DNA from: Acidobacteriota bacterium
GTDB taxonomy: Bacteria; Acidobacteriota; UBA4820; DSQY01
Direction: 5' to 3'
Length of the DNA: 64,000 nucleotides
NCBI GenBank assembly: GCA_049967655.1
Contig: JBMFSH010000002.1
Coordinates: 64,001-128,000 of the forward strand
Position 1 is the stretch's first letter, and each line of letters begins with the position of its first letter. Below, one piece after another: positions 18,651-28,029 of this stretch. The notes under the pieces were generated by a model that was not told the origin of the DNA, did no database searches, and was given only the letters and a program-made list of their open reading frames with translations. The translations under genes were made by a program, and so were the position numbers.

Positions 18651-19769
18651 TTGACCCATGCCGCTCTTCCGCTCCAGGGAAATTTCTCTGAGCTGGGGCT
18701 TCCCGAAATCCTGGACTACCTAAAAACCACCGCCAAGACGGGCGTCCTCCTCGTGCGCAACGGCACCGTCACCAAGACCCTCCACTTCAAGAAGGGCATC
18801 GTGGTCTTTGCCACGTCCAATCTCTCCGAGGAGCGATTCGGGGAGATGCTCCTTCGCGAAGGCAAGATCGGTCGCGACCAGTTCGACGAGGCCAGCCTGC
18901 ACGTCACCCGGGGAAAGCGTCTCGGGAAAATTCTGGTGGAAATGAAGGCGATCGGCCCCAAGGACCTCTGGAACGAGGTGCGCCACCAGGTCCAGGAGAT
19001 CGCCTACAGCATTCTTGCCTGGGACTCGGGCTCCTTCCAATTTTTCGAAGGCGAGGAGAGGACGGGCGAGAACATCACCACGTCGCTGACCGTGCCGGAG
19101 CTCCTCCTGGGCGGTCTGAGGCGCATCCAAGATCGGACTCTCTTCGAGCGCCGCATGCCGACCCTCGATGTGGTCTTCGAGCGTGTTTTGCCAGCGCACC
19201 GTCCGCAGGGCCTCCATTTCGAAGATCACGAGAAGCACGTCTTCAGGCTCGTGGACGGGAAGCGGAGCGTTCAGGAAATCTGCGATCTCAGCGAAATCGG
19301 GGAGTTCGAGACCCTCAGGGCCCTTTACATCTTCTTCACCATCGGATATCTGCACGTCAAGAGCCGCAAGGATCACTTTGCTGAAGAGCAGCGAGAGCTC
19401 CAGGACCTCTCCGCCCTCATCAAGAGCTACAACGAGATGTTTTCCTTCCTCTTCCACTATCTCCTTCGCGAGGTGGGCCCCATCGCCGAGAACATCCTCG
19501 AAAAATACCTCGGTCGGCTAAAGGCGGCGCAGCCCGAAATCTATGCCAGGGTGACCCTTCGGAGCAACGGCGCCCTTTCTGAGGAGCGCCTGATCGAGAA
19601 TCTGAAGCAGATACCACGGGAGCGAGAGGCCCTCCTGGTGCAGGCCCTCAACGAGTACCTCTACTCCGCCCTCCTCGCTATCCGCCGCACGCTGGGCGCG
19701 GAGCACGAGCACCGGGTCTACGAAACCCTCAGGAATACGCGGAGGGACCTCTTCCGTGAGCCGGCCTAA
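18651..19769 (+). CDS. DUF4388 (PatA-N-like) domain protein
   Basis: LQGNFSELGLPEILDYL....KTGVL, ERFGEMLL, W..GSFQF and LVDGKRSV patterns typical of DUF4388 proteins. Confidence 0.75.
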   Translation: MTHAALPLQGNFSELGLPEILDYLKTTAKTGVLLVRNGTVTKTLHFKKGIVVFATSNLSEERFGEMLLREGKIGRDQFDEASLHVTRGKRLGKILVEMKAIGPKDLWNEVRHQVQEIAYSILAWDSGSFQFFEGEERTGENITTSLTVPELLLGGLRRIQDRTLFERRMPTLDVVFERVLPAHRPQGLHFEDHEKHVFRLVDGKRSVQEICDLSEIGEFETLRALYIFFTIGYLHVKSRKDHFAEEQRELQDLSALIKSYNEMFSFLFHYLLREVGPIAENILEKYLGRLKAAQPEIYARVTLRSNGALSEERLIENLKQIPREREALLVQALNEYLYSALLAIRRTLGAEHEHRVYETLRNTRRDLFREPA

Positions 19770-20724
19770 TCCCGCTAACACGGCGCTCCCTCCAACGATT
19801 TGGATCGTGGGCCCGACGGCGGCGGGCAAGTCGGACCTCGCCCTTGATGTTGCTCTTCGGTTCGGGGGAGAGGTGGTCTCCTGCGACTCCATGGCCGTCT
19901 ACCGGGGGCTCGACATCGGTACCGACAAACCCTCTTGGGAAGCCCGCCGCCTGGTACCCCACCACCTGATCGACGTGGCCCAACCCGGCTCCTACTTCTC
20001 CGCGGGGGCCTTTCGGAACATGGCGCTGGAGGTCATGGCCGGCATTGCAGCTCGGGGGCACCTCGCCGTGGTCGTGGGGGGAACGGGGCTTTACTACCGC
20101 GCTCTCGCCGAAGGGCTGGCGCCGCTGCCTCCCAGGGACGAGGGGCTGCGGGCACGAATCGCAGGCCGGATCGCCTCCAGGGGGCCCGAACGGGTGCACC
20201 GCCTTCTCGCCCGCCTGGACCCGGCGGCCGCTTCCCGGATCGGCATCCGCGATGTGCTCCGGATCACCAGGGCCCTGGAGGTTCGCATCCTCACCGGCCT
20301 ACCGATCTCGCGCCGATTGAGCGAGAGCCCTTTCGGCTCGGCCCCATCCTTGGGCGGCCTCAAACTTGGTTTGACGGCCCCCAGGGCCTACCTTTACACT
20401 AGGACCGATCGAAGGGTAAGGGCCATGGTGGAGGCGGGCCTTCTGGAGGAAGTCCGGCAGCTCCACTCGTCGGGACAGCTCACGGGGCCGGCCCGAAAGG
20501 CCATAGGTTACGGGGAATTGGCCGAATACCTGGAAGGTTTGATGACCTTAGAGTCGGCTGTGGTTAGGATCCAGCTCAGGTCGAGGCACCTGGTCAAACG
20601 CCAGCTGGCGTGGTTCCGCCGCGAAGACGGCATTATATGGTTTTCCGTGGACAAGGAGGCCTGGAAAAATGATGCAATGGAATTCATCAAAAGATGGCTC
20701 TCGGAAGCCGGCCGTAAACCGTGA
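19756..20724 (+). CDS. miaA: tRNA dimethylallyltransferase
   Basis: GPTAAGKS, DSMAVYRGLDIGTDKP, VGGTGLY, AIGY and KRQLAWFR motifs. Confidence 0.96.
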   Translation: MSRPNPANTALPPTIWIVGPTAAGKSDLALDVALRFGGEVVSCDSMAVYRGLDIGTDKPSWEARRLVPHHLIDVAQPGSYFSAGAFRNMALEVMAGIAARGHLAVVVGGTGLYYRALAEGLAPLPPRDEGLRARIAGRIASRGPERVHRLLARLDPAAASRIGIRDVLRITRALEVRILTGLPISRRLSESPFGSAPSLGGLKLGLTAPRAYLYTRTDRRVRAMVEAGLLEEVRQLHSSGQLTGPARKAIGYGELAEYLEGLMTLESAVVRIQLRSRHLVKRQLAWFRREDGIIWFSVDKEAWKNDAMEFIKRWLSEAGRKP

Positions 20725-21028
20725 AGTGAACATCCAGAATCAGATCCTCAACTTCGTCCGGAAGGATCGGGCCCTCATCACCATCTTCCTGGTGAGCGGC
20801 AAGAAGTTCGTGGGTCAGGTCATGGGGTTCGACCGCTACACCATCCACATCCGGGGGCGCGATTACGATCAGATCGTCTTCAAGCACGCCATCACCAACG
20901 TCTCGGTGCCCAGGCACATCATGCATAAAATGCAGGGGACCGAGGGCGAAGGCGATGCATCCCTGGAAGGGGAAATGCCGGTCGAGACCGAAGGCCTGGG
21001 CCCCGGGCCAGAGGATGAGGAGAGCTGA
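20669..21028 (+). CDS. hfq: RNA chaperone Hfq with acidic C-terminal tail
   Basis: NIQNQILN..RK...TIFLVSG..F.G....FDRY...Q.VFKHAI Sm1/Sm2 motifs; follows miaA; AAGGAGG RBS before ATG 20669. Confidence 0.88.
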   Translation: MMQWNSSKDGSRKPAVNREVNIQNQILNFVRKDRALITIFLVSGKKFVGQVMGFDRYTIHIRGRDYDQIVFKHAITNVSVPRHIMHKMQGTEGEGDASLEGEMPVETEGLGPGPEDEES

Positions 21029-21099
21029 AACCCCCACCGCCGCCCCGGGCCGTGCTCGCGGCCCGGGGCGGTGTGAGGGTAGCGCTGCCGGGGGGTGCG

Positions 21100-21765
21100 G
21101 TGATCAACAAGGACCTTCTGCGCAAAGCCAGCCTTTTCGCCGACCTGGATGCCGGGCAGTTGGAGAGCATCCTCAGGGTGGCGGAAATCCGGCGCTTTGC
21201 AAAAAACACCGTCCTTCTCAGGCAAGGTGAGCGGGGCGACGCTCTCTACCTGGTGCTCTCTGGCCGCGTCAAGGCGGTGCTGGTGGCGGAGGACGGCAGG
21301 GAGGTCACCCTGGCCATGCTCGATCCGGGGGAGATGGTCGGGGAGATGGCCGTCTTCGATTCCGAGGAGACGAGGTCGGCCACGGTGATCACCGTGGAGC
21401 CTTCGGAGCTCCTCATCCTTTCGGGCAACCAGTTCAAGCAGGCTCTTCAGGAGAACCCCTCCATCGCCATCGCGGTTATCCGCACCCTCTCCCGCCGCCT
21501 GAAAGAGACCAACAACCGTATCGGGAGCCTGATCTTTCTGGACACCTACAGCCGAGTCACCCGGTACCTGCTGGATCTGGCCAAACGCCAGGGCCGGCAG
21601 CTGGCGGACGGCTCGATGGTGGTGGTGCGGCCCACCCAGCAGGAGGTCGCGCTCTACCTGGGCACCAGCCGTGAGACGGTGAGCCGCGCTCTCACAGACC
21701 TCGAACACCAGGGGCTGATCCGGCTTCTGGGTCGAAAAATCATCCTGTACAGACTCCAGCGCTAA
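21100..21765 (+). CDS. Crp/Fnr family transcriptional regulator, cAMP-receptor (CRP) type
   Basis: cNMP pocket GEMA...RSA; HTH recognition helix GTSRETVSR (CRP has GCSRETVGR); no FNR-type Cys cluster. Confidence 0.92.
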   Translation: MINKDLLRKASLFADLDAGQLESILRVAEIRRFAKNTVLLRQGERGDALYLVLSGRVKAVLVAEDGREVTLAMLDPGEMVGEMAVFDSEETRSATVITVEPSELLILSGNQFKQALQENPSIAIAVIRTLSRRLKETNNRIGSLIFLDTYSRVTRYLLDLAKRQGRQLADGSMVVVRPTQQEVALYLGTSRETVSRALTDLEHQGLIRLLGRKIILYRLQR

Positions 21766-21818
21766 TACCCGCGGCCCGTTCACGGCCCTTGCTCTTCTCC
21801 TCTTTCCGCGGGAGGCCT

Positions 21819-21834
21819 TGTGCTGGCCGTCACA
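21819..21834. promoter_or_regulatory. putative CRP-binding site upstream of the cyclase operon
   Basis: TGTGC-TGGCCG-TCACA (9/10 match to TGTGA-N6-TCACA), followed by an extended -10 TGGTACTAT at 21851-21859. Confidence 0.65.
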
Positions 21835-21881
21835 GTCCATGCGGATCCTGTGGTACTATCGTGTACATCAAGGAGGATCCC

Positions 21882-22988
21882 ATGAAGCTCCGACGGGTCG
21901 GCCGCGTGCTTGCCCTGTGCGGCTTGGTGGTTTTGGCGGCCTTCGCTCAGCGAGGCCCTTACTCCCCTTACAGGGAGAGGCTGCCCAATGGGATGGTGGA
22001 CTGGGACCAGGGCTGGATTCGAGCCGACGCGAGCGTCCCCCTGCGCAAGGGCATTCCTCCCGCCCAGGCGCTCGTGGAGGCCCAGCGGGTGGCCATGATC
22101 AAGGCCCAGGCCACGGCCCTGATGATCGCCATGCGGCTACCGGTCAACAGCGAACGCCGCCTCGAATCGTACGAAGCCCTCAAAATAAGGATCAAAGGCA
22201 TCGTGGCTGGCGGAGAGGTGGTGGACGAGGGAACGTCCGACGGGGTCTACCACATCTCCCTCAAGGTGCCCGTGAACGGAGTCCACGGCATCGTGTCGGC
22301 AGTCTCCATCGTGACCCTGCCGCCGGAGCCCCAGCCCCCGCCGAAAGAGCCCTCAGGCCGCACTGAGGCCAGGGGCAATGAGCCATCCCCCTCCGTGAAG
22401 CCTCCCCAGCAAAAGGAGGAGGCCCAGGCCGGAACCGGCCAGGAGGGGCCCTCCGACCTCTCCTCCTTCGCCTCGGTGACGGTGGACGCCACGGAGGCGG
22501 GCGTAAAGCCCGCCCTCCAGCCCCGCATCATCGACGAAAAGGGTCAGGAGGTGTATGGCCTAAAGACGGTCAAACCGCTGGTCGCCGGCACGAGGACACT
22601 GGCGAGATACGTCACGCCGGCCGTTGATGGCGCTGCCAACCCCTCCCACACCAGCTGGCTGGGGCCGGACCGCGTGGGACCTCTTCCTCTTGCCTTGATC
22701 TCGCCCCCCTGGAGGTTGCTGGCGCAATCGCAAGGAGAGCGCTCCATCGGACCAAGGGGAGCCTTGAACAGCCTAGTGGTGAAAGCCGTCAAGGCCTCGG
22801 GCACGCTCAAGGCGGACATCGTGGTGTCCGAGGAGACGGCCAGAAAGTTGCGGGAGTTGGACGCCCGCACGGGCGCTCTCTCGAACGGGCGGGTGACGGT
22901 CGTGGTCCGTTCGGACGTGGGCGGGGTGGAAAGCCGCCGGCTAAATCCGGAGGCTCAGGGCCCCTACGAACTCCTCGCCAAGAACTGA
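21882..22988 (+). CDS. exported protein, LPP20/FlgP-like
   Basis: Signal peptide; G.VDWDQGWIRA..AQRVAMIKA N-domain and VDA..AGVKPALQPRIIDEKGQEVYG C-domain, as in LPP20-type periplasmic proteins; AAGGAGG RBS. Confidence 0.6.
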   Translation: MKLRRVGRVLALCGLVVLAAFAQRGPYSPYRERLPNGMVDWDQGWIRADASVPLRKGIPPAQALVEAQRVAMIKAQATALMIAMRLPVNSERRLESYEALKIRIKGIVAGGEVVDEGTSDGVYHISLKVPVNGVHGIVSAVSIVTLPPEPQPPPKEPSGRTEARGNEPSPSVKPPQQKEEAQAGTGQEGPSDLSSFASVTVDATEAGVKPALQPRIIDEKGQEVYGLKTVKPLVAGTRTLARYVTPAVDGAANPSHTSWLGPDRVGPLPLALISPPWRLLAQSQGERSIGPRGALNSLVVKAVKASGTLKADIVVSEETARKLRELDARTGALSNGRVTVVVRSDVGGVESRRLNPEAQGPYELLAKN

Positions 22989-22994
22989 CGAGCC

Positions 22995-24863
22995 ATGCCG
23001 GTCCCCTCGCCCCCATTCCCCGCCAAGGTCTGGCGGGAGCGCCTGACGGTCGCCCTCCTGCTGGCCGTCGTAGTGGCCCTCCCTCTCGCGCTGGGGATCG
23101 CCCGAGGCGGAGAGGGCTGGACGTACGACCTGCTCCTTCGGCTCCAGGTGTGTCCGCCCTCTTCGCGCGTCCTGCTCGCCTGCATCGACGACGCCACCTA
23201 CAGGGACCTCGGAGGCCACGATCCGAACCGGGCCGAGATCGCCCAGGCCGTCGGCACCCTCTGGGCGAGGGGCGCCTCTCTCATCGGACTGGATCTCCTT
23301 TTCTGGCAGCCCAAGGAGCAGGAAGAGGCCGGGAACGAAGCCCTGGAAGCGGCCCTCTCCAAGGCCGACGTAGTCCTCGCCTCGGATCCGGCCCAGGGTT
23401 ATCTTCCCATCGGGCGCTTTCGCAGACAGGCCGTAGGGCTGGGTTCGGTTGATCTCGTCACGGACTCCGACGGCATTCTCCGCAGCCTGCCCGGCCCCTT
23501 CTTTGAGCCTTCGCCGGGAGGCCTCCGAATCAAGGCACTCCCGTTCGCCCTGGCGTGCGCCCTCCTGGAGTGGTTTCCCAATGGAGCACCGCCGGTCAGC
23601 ATGGAGCGCAGCGGAATCTCGTTCGGCCCGCACCTCTTCGCCATGCGGGGCGGACGCTGGTGGATCCCCTACTGCGGCGGTGACGGAACGCTGCCGCGCG
23701 TCTCCTTTATCGATGTGCTGAGGAATTCGCGGACTCTCCCCTCGATGAAGGGCCGCATCGTCCTCGTCGGCAACACCCGGCCGAGCGAGCACGACTACTT
23801 CTCCGTCCCCCTGCCCTCCGCGGTTCCTCCGCAGAGCGGCTTCAACGAGATCTCGACTCACTCCATGTCGGGCGTCGAGGTGCACGGGCAGGCCCTGTCG
23901 GCGCTCCTCTTGGGCCGCTCCATCCTTCCCATCTCCTCAGCCCAGCGGTGGGCCGCCTTCGCGCTCCTCGCCTCCGTGGGAACGCTCCTGGTGCTCCTGC
24001 CGCTGAAGCCTATCCCCTCCCTCGTGGCGTGGCTCTCGGCGGGAGCCGCCCTCGCCGCCACGGGCGTCGCAGCCATCCGATCGGGCCACGTCCTGCCCAT
24101 GTTCAGCCTGGGGCTGGGATGGATCGCCTACGCTGGCGCCTCCTTCGCCTATCAGCGCTACAGCGACTTCCGCCAGAAGCGCGCCGTGGAGCGGCTCTTC
24201 TCCCGATACGTCTCCCCCAACATCGCCAGCAAGCTCCTTCGCCAGCCGGACCTCGTGCAGTTGGGCGGGAGGCGAAAGGAGCTGACCATCCTCTTCTCCG
24301 ATATCAGGGGATTCACCACCCTCTCGGAGCAGATTCCCCCGGAGCAGGTGAGCTCCCTGCTGAACGATTACTTCACCGAGATGACCCGCATCCTGTTCGA
24401 GTACGACGGCACCCTCGACAAGTTCATCGGCGACGCCATCCTGGCCTTTTTCGGAGACCCCGTGAACCAGGAGGACCATTCGGCCCGCGCCCTGGCCTGC
24501 GCCGTGGCCATGCAGGAGCGGGCGGCCTCGCTGAGGGCCCGCTTCCAAGCCGAGGGCAAGCCGCCCCTCCACATGGGCGTGGCGGTCCATACCGGGCCCG
24601 TGGTGGTGGGCAACAACGGTTCGGAGAACAACTTCGTCTATACCGTCATCGGCGACACCGTGAACCTCACCTCGCGCCTCCAAGGGCTGGCCCAGCAGGA
24701 CGACGTCATCGTGACCGCTTCCACGGCGGAACGGATTCCCGGTTTCAATGAGCGCTACGAGAACGAGAGGCTCGATCCCGTCCGGGTCAAGGGAAAGGCT
24801 GAACCCATCGAGATCGTACGTGTGAAGGGACTCAAGAACGAGGAGGCTTCCCATGAACACTAA
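22995..24863 (+). CDS. CHASE2-domain membrane adenylate cyclase (class III)
   Basis: CHASE2 motifs (IGLDLLF, DSDGILR, GRIVLVG, MSGVEVHG), three TM helices, then FSRYVSP and cyclase motifs FSDIRGFT, DKFIGDA, YTVIGDTVNLTSRLQ, VKGK; Lys/Thr specificity residues indicate ATP as substrate. Confidence 0.93.
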   Translation: MPVPSPPFPAKVWRERLTVALLLAVVVALPLALGIARGGEGWTYDLLLRLQVCPPSSRVLLACIDDATYRDLGGHDPNRAEIAQAVGTLWARGASLIGLDLLFWQPKEQEEAGNEALEAALSKADVVLASDPAQGYLPIGRFRRQAVGLGSVDLVTDSDGILRSLPGPFFEPSPGGLRIKALPFALACALLEWFPNGAPPVSMERSGISFGPHLFAMRGGRWWIPYCGGDGTLPRVSFIDVLRNSRTLPSMKGRIVLVGNTRPSEHDYFSVPLPSAVPPQSGFNEISTHSMSGVEVHGQALSALLLGRSILPISSAQRWAAFALLASVGTLLVLLPLKPIPSLVAWLSAGAALAATGVAAIRSGHVLPMFSLGLGWIAYAGASFAYQRYSDFRQKRAVERLFSRYVSPNIASKLLRQPDLVQLGGRRKELTILFSDIRGFTTLSEQIPPEQVSSLLNDYFTEMTRILFEYDGTLDKFIGDAILAFFGDPVNQEDHSARALACAVAMQERAASLRARFQAEGKPPLHMGVAVHTGPVVVGNNGSENNFVYTVIGDTVNLTSRLQGLAQQDDVIVTASTAERIPGFNERYENERLDPVRVKGKAEPIEIVRVKGLKNEEASHEH

Positions 24864-25932
24864 ATCGCTGGCCCTCTGCGCACTCCTGGGAGTGGCGACG
24901 GCTCTGGGCGTCCACGCGCAGCAGACCGTTACGGCCACCGGCACCGCCGCGATCCTGAACAAGGACGCCGCGCAGGCGCGGGACAGGGCCGTGGAAAGCG
25001 CCCTTCGCGCGGCAGTCGAGCGCGTGGTGGGCACGATGGTGGATTCGGAGAGTCTGGTCAAGAACAACGACCTGATCTCCGACAAGATCTACACCCAGAC
25101 GAAGGGCTACATCTCCAACTACACCATCCTCTCCGAAACGCCGGACCTGGAGGACAACATCTACTCGGTGAAGGTGGAGGCCACGGTAAAGGAGGGCGAC
25201 CTCGCCGATGACCTGAACTCCCTGGGCGTCCTCATGCACCGGATGAACATGCCCCGGGTGGCCGTGGCCCTGCGGGAGCAGGACAGCACCGCCTCCGACC
25301 AGATCCTCAGGATGCTCAAGGACAAAGGATTCCTGGTGGTGGATACGGGGGAGAGCGCCAGGTCCCAGGGGTTCTGGGGAATGCCCGAGGGCCAGCAGGC
25401 CGATCTCATGAAGAAGTACGGCGCCGAGGTCGTGGTGCTGGGCAGCGCCAGCGGGCAGGCCGGCTCTAACGTGGGCCGCTCCAGCCTCATTTCCTACCAG
25501 GCCAACGTGAGTCTCAAGGCCCTCAAGACCGATACCCACGAACTGCTGGGCACGGCCTCCGGCAGCGGCACCGCCGTGAACGTGGGCGACGCGGGCCTGG
25601 CCCAGGCCCTTCGGCAGGCCTCCACGGTCGCCGGCAACGACCTGATCAGACAGATCACCAACCAGTGGGCCAAGGAGGCCTCCTCGACGCGCATGCTGAC
25701 GCTGGTGCTCCGCGGGGTGACGCCGGCCCGAGCCGAAGAGGTGGCCCGGCGCCTTCGCGAGGAGGGGCGGGGGATCCAGGACGTCATCGTCAGGGAATCC
25801 TCCGGACAGGAGGCCACCCTGGACGTCTCCATGCAGGGCGACGCGGCGGCCCTCGCGCAGGAGCTCACCAAGGTGTTCCCCAAGGCCAGGATCCTCTCCC
25901 AGACCGCCAACCGTTTGACAGCCTCACTGTGA
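24853..25932 (+). CDS. exported protein with FlgT N-terminal-like domain
   Basis: Signal peptide; VTATGTAAI..DAAQARDRAVESALRAAVERVVGT.V.SES.V pattern of FlgT_N-type domains, followed by a CsgG/TolB-N-like alpha/beta domain. Confidence 0.65.
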   Translation: MNTKSLALCALLGVATALGVHAQQTVTATGTAAILNKDAAQARDRAVESALRAAVERVVGTMVDSESLVKNNDLISDKIYTQTKGYISNYTILSETPDLEDNIYSVKVEATVKEGDLADDLNSLGVLMHRMNMPRVAVALREQDSTASDQILRMLKDKGFLVVDTGESARSQGFWGMPEGQQADLMKKYGAEVVVLGSASGQAGSNVGRSSLISYQANVSLKALKTDTHELLGTASGSGTAVNVGDAGLAQALRQASTVAGNDLIRQITNQWAKEASSTRMLTLVLRGVTPARAEEVARRLREEGRGIQDVIVRESSGQEATLDVSMQGDAAALAQELTKVFPKARILSQTANRLTASL

Positions 25933-25966
25933 GGTCGGTATGCTCGAACCCAAGGAGGAAAGAACC

Positions 25967-26854
25967 ATGAGGCGCACGCTCCTTTTCGTGGTGTTGTTCC
26001 TCTCGATGGCCGCAGCGGCCGTGAGCACCTTCGCCCAAAAGCCCCGCATCGCGGTTCTGAAGATCCGCAACGATTCCGCGTACGGCTCGGCCCGCCTTGG
26101 GCCCGCCATCCAGGACTGGCTCGTGGAGGGCCTCGTCCAGTCAGGCCAATTCCACGTGGTGGAGAGAAAGGAGCTCGAATCCATTCTGAACGAGCAGGGC
26201 CTATCCCTCAGCGGCGCGGTGGACGATAAGACGGCCATCCAGGTAGGGAAGCTGCTGGGATGCCAGCTCGTGGTGCTCGGGGCCGTCACGGACTTCTCCA
26301 GGCACCAATCGGGGGGCCACGGCGTCTGGGGCATCGGCTTCAGCGTGGTCGTCACGAAGGCCGAGGGCACCGTCAACATCAGGTTGGTCAACACGACGAC
26401 GGGCGAAATCGTATGGACGGGCTCGGAGAAGGGCGAGCACTCCTTCAGCAACGTGGACGTGGCTGGCTTCGGCGGCGGCGTGGATTGGGACGAGTCCCAG
26501 GCGCGTCAGATTTTCGAGCCGGCGGTGACCGCCCTCGTCCAGAAGATCGTCAGTGCGGCGGGGAACATCAAGGAGAGCCTGGGCTCCGTGGCGGTCCTCT
26601 CGGGCAAGGTGGCCAAGGTCGACGAGGGCCGGGTCTACCTGAACATCGGGAGCGTGGACGGCGTCAAGGAGGGCGACCAGTACACCCTGTACCACGTGGG
26701 TGAGACCATCACCGACCCCGACACGGGCAAGGTCCTCGGCCAGGAGAAATCCCGCATCGGCACGGTGAGCGTGACCAAGGTGCTGGGCGATCACCTCTCC
26801 ATGGCCGTGGCCAACGGCGGCCCCGTGCAAGTGGGAGACGTGGTCCAGAAATAG
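25967..26854 (+). CDS. CsgG/HfaB family protein with C-terminal FlgT_C-like domain
   Basis: KPRIAV, F.VVERKEL..IL.EQ, GKLLG...GAVTDF and RLVNTTTGEI (CsgG family); GKVAKV..RVYLNIG..DGVK.GD...ITDPDTGKVLG (FlgT_C-like). Confidence 0.8.
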   Translation: MRRTLLFVVLFLSMAAAAVSTFAQKPRIAVLKIRNDSAYGSARLGPAIQDWLVEGLVQSGQFHVVERKELESILNEQGLSLSGAVDDKTAIQVGKLLGCQLVVLGAVTDFSRHQSGGHGVWGIGFSVVVTKAEGTVNIRLVNTTTGEIVWTGSEKGEHSFSNVDVAGFGGGVDWDESQARQIFEPAVTALVQKIVSAAGNIKESLGSVAVLSGKVAKVDEGRVYLNIGSVDGVKEGDQYTLYHVGETITDPDTGKVLGQEKSRIGTVSVTKVLGDHLSMAVANGGPVQVGDVVQK

Positions 26855-26977
26855 AAGGAACGGAATGCTTCCACCGCCTTGGACAGAAATCGTACCGGAT
26901 TGCGGGGGAAGGGACACCACGAAGGCGCCCCTTCCCCCGAGAATTGATCGCCCGGCCTCATTCCAGCTGGAGTTCCC

Positions 26978-27529
26978 GTGACGCTCGCCAACCTACTCAC
27001 CGTCTTCAGGCTGGTTCTGATCCCCTTCTTCCTCATGGCGGTCTTTTACGGCCATGCCCGGGTGGCCTTGGCGATCTTCCTCTGTGCCGGAATCACCGAC
27101 GGTCTCGACGGCTTCATCGCCCGGTTCTTCAACCAGCGGACGGCCCTGGGGGCATTTCTCGATCCCATGGCCGATAAGCTCATGCTCACCAGCGCCTTCG
27201 TCGCCCTGGCCATCCCCGAAGCCGGACTTGGCTACAGCATTCCCGTCTGGCTCCCGGTGCTCACCATCGCCCGCGACGTGGTCATCGTGCTCCTCTCGCT
27301 TCTCCTGAACCTTGCCTTCAATCTCAAACAGTTCCCTCCCTCGGTGCCGGGAAAGATGACCACCTTTTTCCAGATTAGCTTCGTGGTGGCCGTCCTGCTG
27401 CAGAACGCCTACTCCTTTCCTGCCGAGGTCGTCACGGGCCTTATGTGGACCGTGGCCTTCTTTACCGTCTTTTCCGGGATCCATTACTTGTGGAGGATGC
27501 GCTCCATGACGAAAGGGGTGGATTCGTGA
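26978..27529 (+). CDS. CDP-alcohol phosphatidyltransferase (PgsA/Cls-like)
   Basis: ANLLT..R and TDGLDGFIAR...T.LGAFLDPMADK signature. Confidence 0.92.
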   Translation: MTLANLLTVFRLVLIPFFLMAVFYGHARVALAIFLCAGITDGLDGFIARFFNQRTALGAFLDPMADKLMLTSAFVALAIPEAGLGYSIPVWLPVLTIARDVVIVLLSLLLNLAFNLKQFPPSVPGKMTTFFQISFVVAVLLQNAYSFPAEVVTGLMWTVAFFTVFSGIHYLWRMRSMTKGVDS

Positions 27530-28020
27530 AGCCTGCCTGCTGGGTACCACCACTCCTCCTGCTTCTGGCCTTCACCTCCGCCTGCGGCGGATCCCCGCCA
27601 GCCCCGGCTCGTCCAGCCGCCGCGCCCATCGCTGTGTTTCCCGATGGGTGGACGGTCAAGCTCAAGCTGGCCCTGACTCCCGAGGAGCAGGCGCAGGGAT
27701 TGATGTACGTCAAGGAGCTGCCGCCCGATCGAGGCATGCTCTTTCTCTTCCCCGATGATGCCCAAAGGCCCTTTTGGATGAAGAACTGCTTCATCTCGCT
27801 GGACATGATCTGGCTGGACGCCAACAACGTGGTGGTGGACATTACCCGCGACGCTCCACCCTGCACCCAGGATCCCTGCCCCAATTACATGCCCGACCGC
27901 TCCGCGAGAAACGTGCTGGAGGTCCTGGGCGGCCTCTGCGCCACCCACCACGTCGAGGTGGGAGACCGGCTTCTGCTCATCGGCGTTCCCAAGCTTCCCT
28001 CCGCCCGGGAGGGCTCTTAG
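27526..28020 (+). CDS. DUF192 family lipoprotein
   Basis: Lipobox TSAC; GLM....P.DRGMLF, FWMKNC..SLDMIW and VLE motifs. Confidence 0.88.
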   Translation: MKPACWVPPLLLLLAFTSACGGSPPAPARPAAAPIAVFPDGWTVKLKLALTPEEQAQGLMYVKELPPDRGMLFLFPDDAQRPFWMKNCFISLDMIWLDANNVVVDITRDAPPCTQDPCPNYMPDRSARNVLEVLGGLCATHHVEVGDRLLLIGVPKLPSAREGS

Positions 28021-28029
28021 GAGGCATCC

